The notes under the pieces were generated by a model, which worked only from the letters and a program-made list of their open reading frames with translations, had not been told where the DNA came from and searched no databases. The translations under genes and the position numbers were made by a program. A DNA stretch of 64,000 bases from an uncultured Bacteroidota bacterium (GTDB lineage: Bacteria; Bacteroidota; Rhodothermia; Rhodothermales; UBA10348), in the NCBI GenBank assembly GCA_937877085.1, contig CALEEY010000026.1, positions 5,002 through 69,001 of the forward strand. Reading direction: 5' to 3'. Shown in pieces: positions 18,926 through 29,220 of this stretch. The stretch's first letter is position 1; the number at the start of each line of letters is the position of its first letter.

Positions 18926-19585
18926 TCATCCTATTTTCAACTCTTTGAAAAACGCTTTCAGCTTTGTTTCATCGAGGTGTTTGTCGGTCCGAACTCCACT
19001 ACACAAATCGACTCCATAAGGCCCAACTTCCAGGATGGCAGCTCGGATATTATTGGCATTCAATCCACCAGCAAGAAACACAGGTACATTTACGGTTTCG
19101 CAAATTGTTCGGCTGATAGACCAATCATGGACGCGTCCAGTCCCACCTAGTTCTTTGATGATAAGGTCCAAATTGCCAGAGTCGAGTAGAATGGCGTCGA
19201 CATGCTCGGAGGCGTTCCTTGCTTCCTCAACAGATCTCTCATCTCTAACGTGAATGACTTGGACGAGTTGGACTTCCGGCAACGCCCGACGCAGTTTACT
19301 GTGTACTTCGGGGAGTATTTGTTCGCACAATTGTATAGCAGTGGTTGGACAGCGGCGGTGTTGAGCAACAATTAAATCCGCCGATTGCTCGCTTGTAAGT
19401 AGGAATGTGGCAATATGTGAGGGCACCGTCTGAAGGATTTCCGCGATTAAGGCTTCGTCAATTACCCCAGGTCCACTCGGCATATGCGATACCAATCCTA
19501 AAGCCGAGGCGCCGCATGCTATGGCTAGCTGTGCCTCGCGGACAGAACTAATGCAGCATACTTTAACGAAAGGAAGACTATGCAT
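18926..19585 (-). CDS. trpF: Phosphoribosylanthranilate isomerase
   Basis: VKVCCISSVREAQLAIACGASALGLV at the N-terminus and FLAGGLNANNI...GVDLCSGVR at the C-terminus are typical of PRAI. Confidence 0.75.
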   Translation of the reverse strand: MHSLPFVKVCCISSVREAQLAIACGASALGLVSHMPSGPGVIDEALIAEILQTVPSHIATFLLTSEQSADLIVAQHRRCPTTAIQLCEQILPEVHSKLRRALPEVQLVQVIHVRDERSVEEARNASEHVDAILLDSGNLDLIIKELGGTGRVHDWSISRTICETVNVPVFLAGGLNANNIRAAILEVGPYGVDLCSGVRTDKHLDETKLKAFFKELKIG

Positions 19586-19982
19586 GGGGTTGAACGGGTT
19601 CTATGAAATCCCACCAGTTGCCATACAGGTCTTCAAAAACAGCCACGGTTCCATATGGCTCCACTTTGGGCTCCCGCACGAACCGTATTCCCTTGTCCAC
19701 CATAGAGTTATAGTCTCTCCAAAAATCGTCGGTGTGAAGAAAAAGAAACACCCGACCACCCGTCTGATTGCCGATGCTAGCTCGTTGTACGTCGTTGGAA
19801 GCGCGGGCGAGTAGGAGGGTCGCGCCGCCAGTTCCTGGCGGCGCAACCACCACCCACCGTTTATCCTGCTCCGGTTGATAAGTATCTTCAACGAGCCTGA
19901 AACTGAGTTTTTCGGTGTAAAATTTTATGGCCTCATCGTAGTCGTGGACGACGACAGCTACCATTGCAAGGAATTGATTCAT
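19578..19982 (-). CDS. VOC (glyoxalase/bleomycin-resistance) family protein
   Basis: 134 aa. The segments VVVHDYDEAIKFYTEKLSF ... EPYGTVAVFEDLYGN fit the VOC fold pattern. Confidence 0.7.
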   Translation of the reverse strand: MNQFLAMVAVVVHDYDEAIKFYTEKLSFRLVEDTYQPEQDKRWVVVAPPGTGGATLLLARASNDVQRASIGNQTGGRVFLFLHTDDFWRDYNSMVDKGIRFVREPKVEPYGTVAVFEDLYGNWWDFIEPVQPHA

Positions 19983-20009
19983 GGTTTGTCCCTCCGAAAC
20001 GGGTAGTAA

Positions 20010-20444
20010 TTACCACTCAGTCCCAATTTGCCGAGCCCATTCCGCTTCATCATAATGTCCGATGGCGGATTGAATCAAGCCCGTTTCAGCCATTTCCAAA
20101 ACCTCGTATCCGCTAATTCGGAGGCTCTTTCCTGATCCTCCAGGGCCCGAATTCGTTCCAGTCATGGTCCAATAATATCGAAGTTGAGCCTTCTCCATAA
20201 CCAATCGATCCAGGGTTAAAACCATATCTGGAAAGTCGGTCATGAATTCCTGGGCGGCCCCTTCTATGGCCCTACGTCCTATGGAAGGGCGGCCACTATT
20301 TACTGCAAACGATCCGTTTTCTTCAAAACAAGCCGCTACAAGCGCAGCTTGTTGGCTGCACCATGCTTCTGTGTAGCGAATAGCAAATTGTTCTAGCTGG
20401 GCAGATACCATATCACGAAAGCTCCGTTGCACGAAAGGTGGCAA
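20010..20444 (-). CDS. SnoaL-like / ester cyclase (NTF2 superfamily) protein
   Basis: FAIRYTEAWCSQQAALVAACFEENGSFAVN ... GTNSGPGG resembles SnoaL-type polyketide cyclase-like proteins. Confidence 0.5.
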   Translation of the reverse strand: MPPFVQRSFRDMVSAQLEQFAIRYTEAWCSQQAALVAACFEENGSFAVNSGRPSIGRRAIEGAAQEFMTDFPDMVLTLDRLVMEKAQLRYYWTMTGTNSGPGGSGKSLRISGYEVLEMAETGLIQSAIGHYDEAEWARQIGTEW

Positions 20445-20476
20445 GTGCTTAAACCGTTAACAAGGTACGTCCTTTC

Positions 20477-21430
20477 TTACTCAGCTAAAGCTCCAGGGGC
20501 CATTTCCCATGCTTTTTGCCCAGGGAAACGGCTCATTTTTACCCAATAGTGTATGGCCACCATAGATAGGATCGTAAACGGGACGATAAGGATACTACCT
20601 TCTGCGCCGAATACCCCCCCAGACAACCAATCCGGACCGATTGGTACTTGAGATATTAAACTTGGCGATTCTTGGCCACTAGAGGCAAATCCAAAGACGG
20701 ATGCCTGGAAGAAATTCCAGCCTAAATGAAGGCCCATAGGCAGCCAAAGCTGACCCGTTTTGAGGTAGGCATAAATAAGTTGGGGTGCAATTACCGCGAT
20801 TAGCAAAGAGGTCACAATAGTCGCATTCGGATTGCCATAATGGAGGAACCCAAAGATGAGCGAGGACAGGATCAGGGTCCACTTTATGCTGGTCCCTTCA
20901 ACCAAATTTTGAACGAGGTATCCTCTAAAAACCAGCTCTTCCCACCACGCAACGATGGTCAATTGAAAAAAGACACCACCCGCAATGACCCACGCCGAAG
21001 TTTGAACAGCCGATTCCAAGGCCTCGGGATCCTGCCAAAATGTGTAGCCTGTAAATTCAATCAAATTGGTCCAAAGCATTACAAAATAAACACCCGCCAT
21101 TAGTAGGGCGCTATTCACGATTCCAGACAAAATGTCCAGAACGGCGAACTTATCCCACTTTAATCCCAGGGATACAAACGACTTTTTGTCCAGATATTTT
21201 CTTGCAATGAAAACACTCAACGTAGTTCCAATGGCCACAAGGGACCATTGAAGACTGGAGCCTCGCTTCAAACTTCCCAAGATGGTGCGGGTCCCTACCA
21301 TGAGTATGCTCACGACGGCAGCCAACAAAATAAGGAGGGCAAGAATGCGCCATCCTGCGCGCAGACGCCCTGTTTCTGGATTTATGAAGTAGTTTTTCAT
21401 CATGCCTCTCGCTTTTTTGGATGAAGGCAT
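20477..21430 (-). CDS. CPBP family intramembrane glutamic endopeptidase (CAAX protease-like)
   Basis: Multi-pass membrane protein with the EELVFRGYL and FGFLHYGN motifs. Confidence 0.8.
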   Translation of the reverse strand: MPSSKKARGMMKNYFINPETGRLRAGWRILALLILLAAVVSILMVGTRTILGSLKRGSSLQWSLVAIGTTLSVFIARKYLDKKSFVSLGLKWDKFAVLDILSGIVNSALLMAGVYFVMLWTNLIEFTGYTFWQDPEALESAVQTSAWVIAGGVFFQLTIVAWWEELVFRGYLVQNLVEGTSIKWTLILSSLIFGFLHYGNPNATIVTSLLIAVIAPQLIYAYLKTGQLWLPMGLHLGWNFFQASVFGFASSGQESPSLISQVPIGPDWLSGGVFGAEGSILIVPFTILSMVAIHYWVKMSRFPGQKAWEMAPGALAE

Positions 21431-21627
21431 TACGGGCTGCCCTAAACGATAGTTACAGCTTTGGAGCCAGCGCGAAAGTGCAGCGTGTGATCTGCGACAC
21501 GAATGAACTTCAAAAAGAGCAATGTGTGTGTAAATAAATAGCTCGGTTGGAATTGACTACTTTCCATAGGTGGGCGGACGCTTTCCGTTCGTTTGCCTGC
21601 AGTACTACCGACCCAGAGGAACCAAGA

Positions 21628-22572
21628 ATGAGTGACCAATTCAAAGTTGCAGCCGTGCAGGCAGCCCCTGTTTTTCTCAATCTAGAAGCCAGCATAGATA
21701 AGGCCATTTCCTTGATGGGAGAAGCCGCTCGACAAGGCGCCCAATTGGTTGTCTTCCCAGAGGCCTTCATCCCAGCCTATCCACTTTGGGTTTGGTTTAT
21801 ACCAGCGGGCGAGACTCATCCTCTGAGAGAGTTGTATTCGATACTCCACTCAAACTCAGTTTCCATCCCAGGACCACAAGTATCTCGATTGGCCGAGGCA
21901 GCCGGAGATCTAAAAGTTAATGTGGTGATGGGCGTAAACGAGGTGAATACAGAGAGCAGTGGTTCATCTCTCTATAACTCACTTGTTTATCTCGGGTCTA
22001 ATGGGAGGATTTTGGGAAAGCACCGCAAACTCGTCCCGACTGGAGGCGAACGCCTGGTTTGGGCTCAAGCGGCGTCCAGCGACTTGGAGGTTTACGATCT
22101 TGGGTTTGCCAAGGTGGGTGGGCTTATTTGTTGGGAGAACTATATGCCTCTCGCTCGCCATACCCTTACAGCCAAAGGCCAACATATTCATTGTGCACCC
22201 ACTTGGGATAGGGGAGAGCCGTGGATTTCGTCCATGCGCCATATTGCCAAAGAAGGTCGCTGCGTGGTTGTGAGCTCTTGTCAATACTTCACCATGAGCG
22301 ATATTCCGGATGAACTTAGTTTCAAATCAAAATATCTGAACCACATAGATGGAGTCATCAATCCAGGAAAAAGCGTGATCGTCGATCCGGACGGTAAAAT
22401 TGTCGCGGGTCCGGCTGAGCAGGGAGAGGAGATTCTATACGCCGAGTTTAACCTGGCGCAATTAATTGGACCACGCTGGCAATTAGACACGGCAGGCCAC
22501 TATTCCCGCCCGGACGTCTTCGACCTGAAGGTCGTGCGAGCGCCGAGACCTCAGTTGGATGAGTCCAACTAA
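21628..22572 (+). CDS. Nitrilase / C-N hydrolase family enzyme
   Basis: Start moved to MSDQFKVAAVQAAPVFL. The catalytic segments VVFPEAFIP (Glu), HRKLVPT (Lys) and GGLICWEN (Cys) are present. Confidence 0.85.
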   Translation: MSDQFKVAAVQAAPVFLNLEASIDKAISLMGEAARQGAQLVVFPEAFIPAYPLWVWFIPAGETHPLRELYSILHSNSVSIPGPQVSRLAEAAGDLKVNVVMGVNEVNTESSGSSLYNSLVYLGSNGRILGKHRKLVPTGGERLVWAQAASSDLEVYDLGFAKVGGLICWENYMPLARHTLTAKGQHIHCAPTWDRGEPWISSMRHIAKEGRCVVVSSCQYFTMSDIPDELSFKSKYLNHIDGVINPGKSVIVDPDGKIVAGPAEQGEEILYAEFNLAQLIGPRWQLDTAGHYSRPDVFDLKVVRAPRPQLDESN

Positions 22573-22816
22573 AGGCTTAGCCGAAGAAGGCTGAGTAATA
22601 AACCCGGGGCGAGTGTCAATGTCATAAAGCCAATTGCCTGACCTGTGCAGCCAGTTCGACTTGGGTGTCCGCGAGCCCGCGGCGCCAAAGGAACGCTATT
22701 CAGGGCGCGATGTATGAAAAGGGCGGTCATTCACGTGGTGCGTTCTGAAGCGAGAGCTTAGTACATGAACAGAGCGCCGAAGTAGTCAGGAACCATTCAC
22801 CTTTTTAAGTATCCTT

Positions 22817-23338
22817 ATGAACTACCGCCGCCCAATAGCCATTTCGGCCATCACTATTTGTTTTTTAGTCTTGTTTGCAGGCTTCACGGCGCCTTCTGCC
22901 CGAGCCCAGAGCCTGGAATCCTCAACGCACAAACAGGCCATTTCCGCCAATCCGTTTGGCCTGCTTCTTAACCTATTCAATGCTGAATACGAACGCGTTA
23001 TCTCGGAGTCCTCGACAGCCGGTTTGGGTGGCTCGACGTACTTTGGTAGTTCAGACAATTACGTCAATGCGGATGTCTTCTGGCGCTTCTATCCCTCTGG
23101 GAATCCGTTGAGTGGATGGGCATTTGGCGTTAAGGCCGGCCTGACGCGTGTAGGTGACGAAGGCACGTTCTTTGGGGCGGGATTCGATGTGAATCGGAGT
23201 TGGGTACTAGGAAAAAACGATGACTTCTACGTCGGGGTCGGCCTGGGTCTAAAGCGGATGTACGTATCCAATGATGCTTCGTTTGACCTCAAGTATATCC
23301 CGACTTTTCGCCTGATAAACGTTGGATATGTTTTCTAG
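22817..23338 (+). CDS. Small outer-membrane beta-barrel protein
   Basis: Signal peptide (APSARAQS), alternating beta-strand pattern, and a C-terminal aromatic residue (GYVF). Confidence 0.55.
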   Translation: MNYRRPIAISAITICFLVLFAGFTAPSARAQSLESSTHKQAISANPFGLLLNLFNAEYERVISESSTAGLGGSTYFGSSDNYVNADVFWRFYPSGNPLSGWAFGVKAGLTRVGDEGTFFGAGFDVNRSWVLGKNDDFYVGVGLGLKRMYVSNDASFDLKYIPTFRLINVGYVF

Positions 23339-23427
23339 CTAGTTCGTGATGGTCGGGTAATGGTCAGGATAGGCTGCATAGATCAGCCGATCGATGCTCT
23401 CTTTCTTGGTACTGCGTCCTATTGAGC

Positions 23428-24735
23428 CTACTCGGCCCAAATTTGAACCAGATGAACCAGCGTTTCCGTGGTTTTTTCCAAACCCATGCGCGAGTTAAAC
23501 TCCAGCTTTCCGTGGAAATTATGCCCACCAGTGAACAGATTCGGGGTTGGTAAGCCCATTGCGGTTAGCCGTGACCCGTCGGTACCACCCCGGATAGGCT
23601 GAAGCGCTGAAGGAACGCCGGCACGCCGCGCAGCTTCGATCGCAAAATCGGTCAATTGAGGATAATTCCTAAGTACCTCATTCATGTTGAGATAGCCTAA
23701 CTCCGATTCGTAATTGACCTTGACGTCAGCATACCGCGTTTGGATATTCGACGCGACTTTTCGAACGGTGTCTTCTTGCTCTTTCAGTCCGTCGATGTCA
23801 AAATTGCGAAGTAATATCTTGATGGTCGAAGTTTCTTCCGTAAACGATGCCGTATATGGGTGAATAAAGCCTTCACGCCCTTCGGTGGTCTCCGGACGGT
23901 TGGGGACTAACTTCTTAAACTCCTCCAGAAAAGCACCGGCGGCATACATGGAATTGATCATAATGCCCTTTGCGGTCCCAGGGTGGGTGCTCTTACCTTG
24001 AAATGTGACGGTTGCGGTTCTTGCAGACCACGTTTCGTTGGAAATATCCCCTAGCGGCCCTCCATCGACGGTATAAGCGAACTGTGCTCCCCAATTTTCG
24101 ATCTCGAATTTTTCGATGCCGCCGCCCACTTCTTCATCCGGAGTAAAGGCAATAGCAATGTTGCCGTGCTTAATGGACGGGTTGTTACGGAGAATATCGA
24201 TAAGCGTCATGATAGCAGCGCAACCAGATTTGTCGTCCGAGCCAAGCAGGGTAGTGCCGTCTGCTGTTATGATATCGTCACCGATCAGATCAAGGAGGTC
24301 AGGATTCAAAGCTACTGTGATGACTTGTGAAGGGTCATTCGGTAGGACGATGTCCCCGCCTTGGTAATTTTTATGGATGATAGGGTTTACGTTTGCCCCG
24401 GAAACGGCCGGCGATGTGTCCATATGAGCCATAAAGCCTATGGTTGGCACGGCCGAATTGTCCTCTAGGTTGCCGGGCACCATTCCGTACACAATACCCC
24501 ACTCACTCATTCGAACGCCTTGAACGCCCAAATCCTTCAACTCTTTTTCGAGTAATCGCGCCAAATCGAGCTGTTTTTTGGTGCTTGGCGGAGCTGGCTG
24601 ATCTTCGGCCGACTGGGTGTCGATTCGAACGTATCGCAGGAATCGGTCCATAACCGACTCTGTGGCCGCTTTTTGTTGGGCATTGGCCGAAAGGGTAAGG
24701 GCAAAGGTTGCGAGGAGGGGTAACCAGAATCTCAT
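23428..24735 (-). CDS. pepT: Peptidase T (tripeptide aminopeptidase, M20B) with signal peptide
   Basis: RFLRYVRIDTQS, GFMAHMDTSP, LGSDDKSGCAAIM, FTPDEEVG and GGTDGSRL are PepT/M20 signatures. Confidence 0.85.
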   Translation of the reverse strand: MRFWLPLLATFALTLSANAQQKAATESVMDRFLRYVRIDTQSAEDQPAPPSTKKQLDLARLLEKELKDLGVQGVRMSEWGIVYGMVPGNLEDNSAVPTIGFMAHMDTSPAVSGANVNPIIHKNYQGGDIVLPNDPSQVITVALNPDLLDLIGDDIITADGTTLLGSDDKSGCAAIMTLIDILRNNPSIKHGNIAIAFTPDEEVGGGIEKFEIENWGAQFAYTVDGGPLGDISNETWSARTATVTFQGKSTHPGTAKGIMINSMYAAGAFLEEFKKLVPNRPETTEGREGFIHPYTASFTEETSTIKILLRNFDIDGLKEQEDTVRKVASNIQTRYADVKVNYESELGYLNMNEVLRNYPQLTDFAIEAARRAGVPSALQPIRGGTDGSRLTAMGLPTPNLFTGGHNFHGKLEFNSRMGLEKTTETLVHLVQIWAE

Positions 24736-24865
24736 AAAAAGGTACTTGAATGGAATTTGATGATTCTTTGTGCACTGTATTCTGCTACTTCGAGCACCCG
24801 CAGATGTTTTTGGTGAAGGCTCTGTCGTGATTCAAATTGAACAGCTCACGACCCTTCTCGGCTGT

Positions 24866-25450
24866 TTAATTGAGGTAGAGCTCCGCACCATTCAAGAACA
24901 TTTGAATGGATATGGCGACCAAAATCATTCCCATTAAGCGTTCGATCGCAATGAGTCCTCGAGCACCCAACCGACTGGCCACCTGACTTCCAAAAAAAAC
25001 AATGATGGACGTTGCGGCCCAAGCCGCCACAACCGCCAGTAACCAAGTAGCCCATCTATCTGGAGCCTGGCTCATTAGCAGTAATTCTGAAGCTAAAAGG
25101 GACGGCCCAGCCACGTACGGGATGGCAAGAGGCACGATGAACGGTTCACCCTCAACTTCCTCCTTGTTTGACTGGCTATGGTTTGGGAAAACCATTTTTA
25201 TAGCTATTAAAAAAAGAATAACCCCTCCAGCAATGGTCAATGCCGGTATCGAAATGCCAAGGACCCCAAGAAAGACTTTTCCCAAAAACAGAAATGACAC
25301 CATTACCACAAGGGCTATCAGGAGCTCTCGAACAATTACCTTTCTTCGACGATCAGGATGGACACCGTTAAGTGCAGCCACAAAAAAGGGGACGTTTCCA
25401 AAGGGGTCAATCACCAGAAAAAGCAATACAAATGCGGAGCCTATAGTCAC
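24866..25450 (-). CDS. MarC family (UPF0056) integral membrane protein
   Basis: 194 aa with six TM segments. The N-terminal LVIDPFGNVPFF and later PLAIPYVAGPS motifs are present. Confidence 0.75.
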   Translation of the reverse strand: MTIGSAFVLLFLVIDPFGNVPFFVAALNGVHPDRRRKVIVRELLIALVVMVSFLFLGKVFLGVLGISIPALTIAGGVILFLIAIKMVFPNHSQSNKEEVEGEPFIVPLAIPYVAGPSLLASELLLMSQAPDRWATWLLAVVAAWAATSIIVFFGSQVASRLGARGLIAIERLMGMILVAISIQMFLNGAELYLN

Positions 25451-25549
25451 AAGTTAAATCCGAGGTTTGGGAGGTCGATGGGGTTGGGGAGGTTATAGAA
25501 GTCGTTGTGGAGTTATGAAATTGTGGAATTGTGGAATCTAAGGCGCGTT

Positions 25550-26272
25550 TTAGTTCTCGGACAGCGCCCCTTCAATTTCTTTAACTAAATCTAAAACCAC
25601 CGTGTGAACCGTACGCAAATCATCGGCCCATGCAAGCCTGACTACGACCCAATTCCGAAATTTACGGGTTCCTAGGACCTCTAGGATCGCCCCGGCGTGC
25701 GTAGGAGCCGGAGTTTGGACTTTTTCACTTGAGTACGAGGCGATCGCGAGGTAATCCAGATTTTCAAGAATGTACGGCTCGTAAATCGAGACATATTGGC
25801 GTTCTTGAGTCTGCTCAACCGTCCCGACCAAGCGAAGTTGACTTTCGAAGTCCGCAAGGCTCATTCGCAGATCTGCATTCGATAGTACCCGCAACTCACC
25901 GGCCCCCAAAATATTGTCGTACGTCCGAGTCACCGCATCGAAAGTTGGCAAATAGGACAACGTTCCGACCAGTTCATTCAGCGAATCGACACCCAATGTT
26001 TTTCCTTGCTCAGCCGTTTCGAAACTCAGTAAGATTTGAGCAGCGTCAACCACATCGTCAGCTGTTTTTATGGCCTCCTGAAGACGATATCTATTTTCTT
26101 CAAAATCGAGGGCAAGGTCCTGCAGGTATTCTTTTTCGCGACGACTCGTTTCAACGTCTTGCCACCAAGTGTTTATTGAAAAGGCGACCAGAATCCCTGC
26201 GACCACGACAATGAATTCTGACGCAAACCATTTTAGTCGGTCTACCCATTTCTTGGTTCGAGTCTCAGTCAT
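25550..26272 (-). CDS. Hypothetical single-pass membrane protein
   Basis: An N-terminal anchor (FIVVVAGILVAFSINTWW) is followed by a helical soluble domain. It resembles a widespread uncharacterised Bacteroidota family. Confidence 0.5.
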   Translation of the reverse strand: MTETRTKKWVDRLKWFASEFIVVVAGILVAFSINTWWQDVETSRREKEYLQDLALDFEENRYRLQEAIKTADDVVDAAQILLSFETAEQGKTLGVDSLNELVGTLSYLPTFDAVTRTYDNILGAGELRVLSNADLRMSLADFESQLRLVGTVEQTQERQYVSIYEPYILENLDYLAIASYSSEKVQTPAPTHAGAILEVLGTRKFRNWVVVRLAWADDLRTVHTVVLDLVKEIEGALSEN

Positions 26273-26376
26273 ATGGCCATTGTAAAAGGATTCTCATTAT
26301 AAAAGATTGGGTTAGGACCTTTCATGAGTCCTTTCCTACAAATAGAGGATATGTACTGCACGACTTAGTACAAAAT

Positions 26377-26790
26377 CTACAAGCACTTAAAAAGCCGCCC
26401 TTGTCGCCCACTAAATAGAATAAACGGTCCCAGTACGTCCCCGGTCTCAGTCAACAAAACGCTTAATTTCATCTGATTCCCAATAATTTGGCCTTGGTAT
26501 TGGGCTGGAACGGGGTCTGGGGGGTCGGAAGGGACGGGCCCTCCTTCCCTAGTATGCGAGCCGGTTAGATCAAATCTTCCGTTGATATCAAAAACAAAGG
26601 GACCGTCGATCTGGCCGTGGCCACAATCATACTCGATCCGGATCCCAGTGCTATCAGAAATCAATTCCACATGTTCAGCTCCCCACATCCCCTCAGCGCC
26701 GAGGATGGGGTCGTTTTCAACTGTTTGGCATCCGACATAAAACAGCCCAACCAACGAGGCCCAAAGGATGGAGGTTTTTAACGGTGTCAT
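26377..26790 (-). CDS. Hypothetical lipoprotein
   Basis: Lipobox (GLFYVGCQ). I recognise no family motif. Confidence 0.5.
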   Translation of the reverse strand: MTPLKTSILWASLVGLFYVGCQTVENDPILGAEGMWGAEHVELISDSTGIRIEYDCGHGQIDGPFVFDINGRFDLTGSHTREGGPVPSDPPDPVPAQYQGQIIGNQMKLSVLLTETGDVLGPFILFSGRQGRLFKCL

Positions 26791-27118
26791 TCAGGATCCT
26801 TTATTGGTATTCATCTTCATTTGCTCACTCTTTTTTAGAAAATCCGCCTCCTACCATGAAGAGAAAGTCTAACCGGTAGAATATGTAACAGGTTCAAATA
26901 ATCCACCACGCTGCAGAGGGCAAAAGCTACTGATTTTGGGAAAAATAGGTTTGTCGGGTATGGTCCGATGCTGTTGATTGCCGAATAAGAATCGACTACT
27001 TTTTTTCGCACGTCTAACGAAGCCCGGCCTCAACCGCTCGCAGGCGCGACCACCCACAAACCGAACATCCACTTGCGCACCCGCTATCGCAGTGCACATC
27101 TCAAACAGGGCACTTGAT

Positions 27119-28441
27119 ATGAAACGACTTTCAACACTCCTATTGTCCGTTTTTTTGCTGAGTATGTCATGGACTGCTTCGGCGCAGACCACCGTAATAA
27201 AAGCGGGACATCTGGTTGATGTGGCAGCGGGCACCGCCGCCGCTAATCAAATGGTACTCATTGTGGACGGGGTGATAACTGAAATTGGGAAAAATCTGAA
27301 AATCCCTGCGGGAGCTCAGGTAGTCGATCTGTCGGATTCCTATGTCATGCCGGGGCTCATCGATTCGCACACGCACGTGACTATGACCGAGATGCCGGGA
27401 GCCGACATTAACGACTTTGGGGCCTATTACTACACGGGTCTTATTGAAACGACTGCGTTCCGCGCCATCCAAGGTGTTGCACAGGCCCGCTCCCTATTGG
27501 AGTCTGGTTTCACGTACATCAGAGATGTGGGCAATAATGCCCTCTACGCAGATGTCGAAGTCCGCCGCGCTATTGAGGGGGGCTGGATCCCTGGTCCCAA
27601 CATGATTGCTTCCGGACGTCTTATTTCGCCATTTGGGGGGCAATTTCAAATGCAACCTGAAAAGCCGGGTCTGGGAAATCCAGAATACTTTTACGCCGAT
27701 ACGGAAGACGAAATCCGAAAAGCGATTCGGGAAAACATCCACTACGGCGCTACGGTAATCAAGATCATCGTGGACAATCAACCCTACATTTATTCGGTAG
27801 AAGACATTGCTGCGGCCGTTGACGAAGCTGGAGACGTTGGCATTAAAGTAGCTGCCCATGCCTACAGTCCAGAAGCCATTCACAATGCGGTTGTCGCAGG
27901 CGTTGCTTCAATCGAGCATGGAAATAATCCATCCGACGAAACACTTGCACTCATGAAAAAAATGGGTACTTATTTGGTAGGAACTGATTTTCCTGCCTCG
28001 CAAACCGGTCAGGCACGCTTTGAATTGATTTTAGAGCGCAATCGACGTGCTTATGCCGCTGGTACTCCAATGGCCTTTGGGTCGGACGTCGTTTATTCTC
28101 GCCCAGATTGGACCAGAGGCGAGCTGACACTAGAATTTCTGGAAAGCTTTACCGGGGCGGGCATCCCCAATGACTACATCCTTCGCATATTCACCATGAA
28201 TGCAGCTGATCTTCTGGGTGTCAATACCGGGCAGATCAAGGTTGGGCTCGCGGCCGACCTCATTGCCTTTGACAGCGATCCCTTGGCAGACGTTACCGCC
28301 TTACGCGGGGTTCACTTTGTCATGAAAGACGGCACGGTGTACAAGCAAGACGGCGAGTTTAAATGGGAAACGCCTCGCAATATGAATAACCCTCGCCGCA
28401 AACCTCGGCGTTCGGTTCTAGCGCCACGTACCGGCAACTGA
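27119..28441 (+). CDS. Secreted amidohydrolase (metal-dependent hydrolase superfamily)
   Basis: Start moved to MKRLSTLLLSVFLLSMSWTASAQ. PGLIDSHTH is the HxH metal motif, followed by downstream VAAHA, IEHG and AFGSD motifs. Confidence 0.8.
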   Translation: MKRLSTLLLSVFLLSMSWTASAQTTVIKAGHLVDVAAGTAAANQMVLIVDGVITEIGKNLKIPAGAQVVDLSDSYVMPGLIDSHTHVTMTEMPGADINDFGAYYYTGLIETTAFRAIQGVAQARSLLESGFTYIRDVGNNALYADVEVRRAIEGGWIPGPNMIASGRLISPFGGQFQMQPEKPGLGNPEYFYADTEDEIRKAIRENIHYGATVIKIIVDNQPYIYSVEDIAAAVDEAGDVGIKVAAHAYSPEAIHNAVVAGVASIEHGNNPSDETLALMKKMGTYLVGTDFPASQTGQARFELILERNRRAYAAGTPMAFGSDVVYSRPDWTRGELTLEFLESFTGAGIPNDYILRIFTMNAADLLGVNTGQIKVGLAADLIAFDSDPLADVTALRGVHFVMKDGTVYKQDGEFKWETPRNMNNPRRKPRRSVLAPRTGN

Positions 28442-28461
28442 GGTATTGACTGACCCGCGGT

Positions 28462-29220
28462 TTATGCGACGGAACGGAGGCTCGATCTCTGTTTTGCGCC
28501 TGACGCGTTCGAAGCACGTCCTTCGAAAAAAAGCACATTCATTCCGATAAGCAAAAAGGCATAGAAGGCATCCTCCACAGGGATGGAAAACATGCGTATG
28601 CCCATATTATGTTCATTCGAATACCATACCACCTGGTCGGCGATGTCCTGTGCTGTATTGTGAATAAGCGGGAATTGCCAAAAGTTGAGTCCCGTAAGAA
28701 TTCCGTTGGTCAAGACAAAAGGGAATATCAAGATGCTGAAAGCCAGCAGAAAATCGGCCAACCACACTGGATTTTTGTACCATAAGATCAAACAGAAAAT
28801 CGCGCACAATCCAGTAGCTGACGCCGTATACCACTGGCTCAGATGAAAAAGACATAGACTGGCGCTAAGTAGCGCTATTAGCAGAACGATGGTCCTTGCG
28901 GTGTTTCCTGAAACCGTTTTCCTATGCGACCGAAGCACGAAGTAGGTAAAAACACAGGCGTACGGAATGGCAATGAAAAACAACCACTCTTCTAGTGGTA
29001 GGCCAAAAAGCGAAAGCCCGACTAAATAGGCTTCGTTGAAGCCCCAAACGCCTTCTGCTGTAAAAAACACGTCCCAGACTATAAAAAACGCCATCGTAAG
29101 AAGGCATGCAGGCCAAAAACGGGGCCATTCGTCAACAAAACGAATTTTTGAATGCCATGAGAATGCCAGTGGAACCGCCAGGGCACATACAACCACTATG
29201 AGATATAGGCTGCCCGTCAC
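28462..29220 (-). CDS. crtY: Lycopene beta-cyclase, fused heterodimeric type (CrtYc/CrtYd-like)
   Basis: 252-aa polytopic membrane protein with two halves, each carrying the P-x-E-(E/D) cyclase motif (GLPLEEWLFF and SIPVEDAFYAF). It has a GTG start overlapping the crtZ stop (GTGA) and is the last gene of the crt operon. Confidence 0.7.
   Translation of the reverse strand: MTGSLYLIVVVCALAVPLAFSWHSKIRFVDEWPRFWPACLLTMAFFIVWDVFFTAEGVWGFNEAYLVGLSLFGLPLEEWLFFIAIPYACVFTYFVLRSHRKTVSGNTARTIVLLIALLSASLCLFHLSQWYTASATGLCAIFCLILWYKNPVWLADFLLAFSILIFPFVLTNGILTGLNFWQFPLIHNTAQDIADQVVWYSNEHNMGIRMFSIPVEDAFYAFLLIGMNVLFFEGRASNASGAKQRSSLRSVA

Noticed and set aside
22573-22816. GC-rich 244-nt intergenic region upstream of the OMP gene, examined as a possible riboswitch or ncRNA
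   Set aside because: I could not recognise any known riboswitch core (B12 box, SAM, TPP and so on). Only short weak hairpins are present. There is not enough evidence without a covariance-model scan.
25470-25545. G-rich tract and an AATTGTGG AATTGTGG direct repeat between the MarC gene and the 25550 gene
   Set aside because: There are only two 8-bp copies, with no spacer-repeat architecture. This is too short to call a CRISPR array or a regulatory array.
26869-27234. 121-aa minus ORF, and the 47-aa N-terminal extension of the amidohydrolase ORF (26978 start)
   Set aside because: The amidohydrolase has a perfect signal peptide starting at the Met at 27119. The extension and the antisense ORF are Arg/Pro-rich and overlap the likely promoter region.
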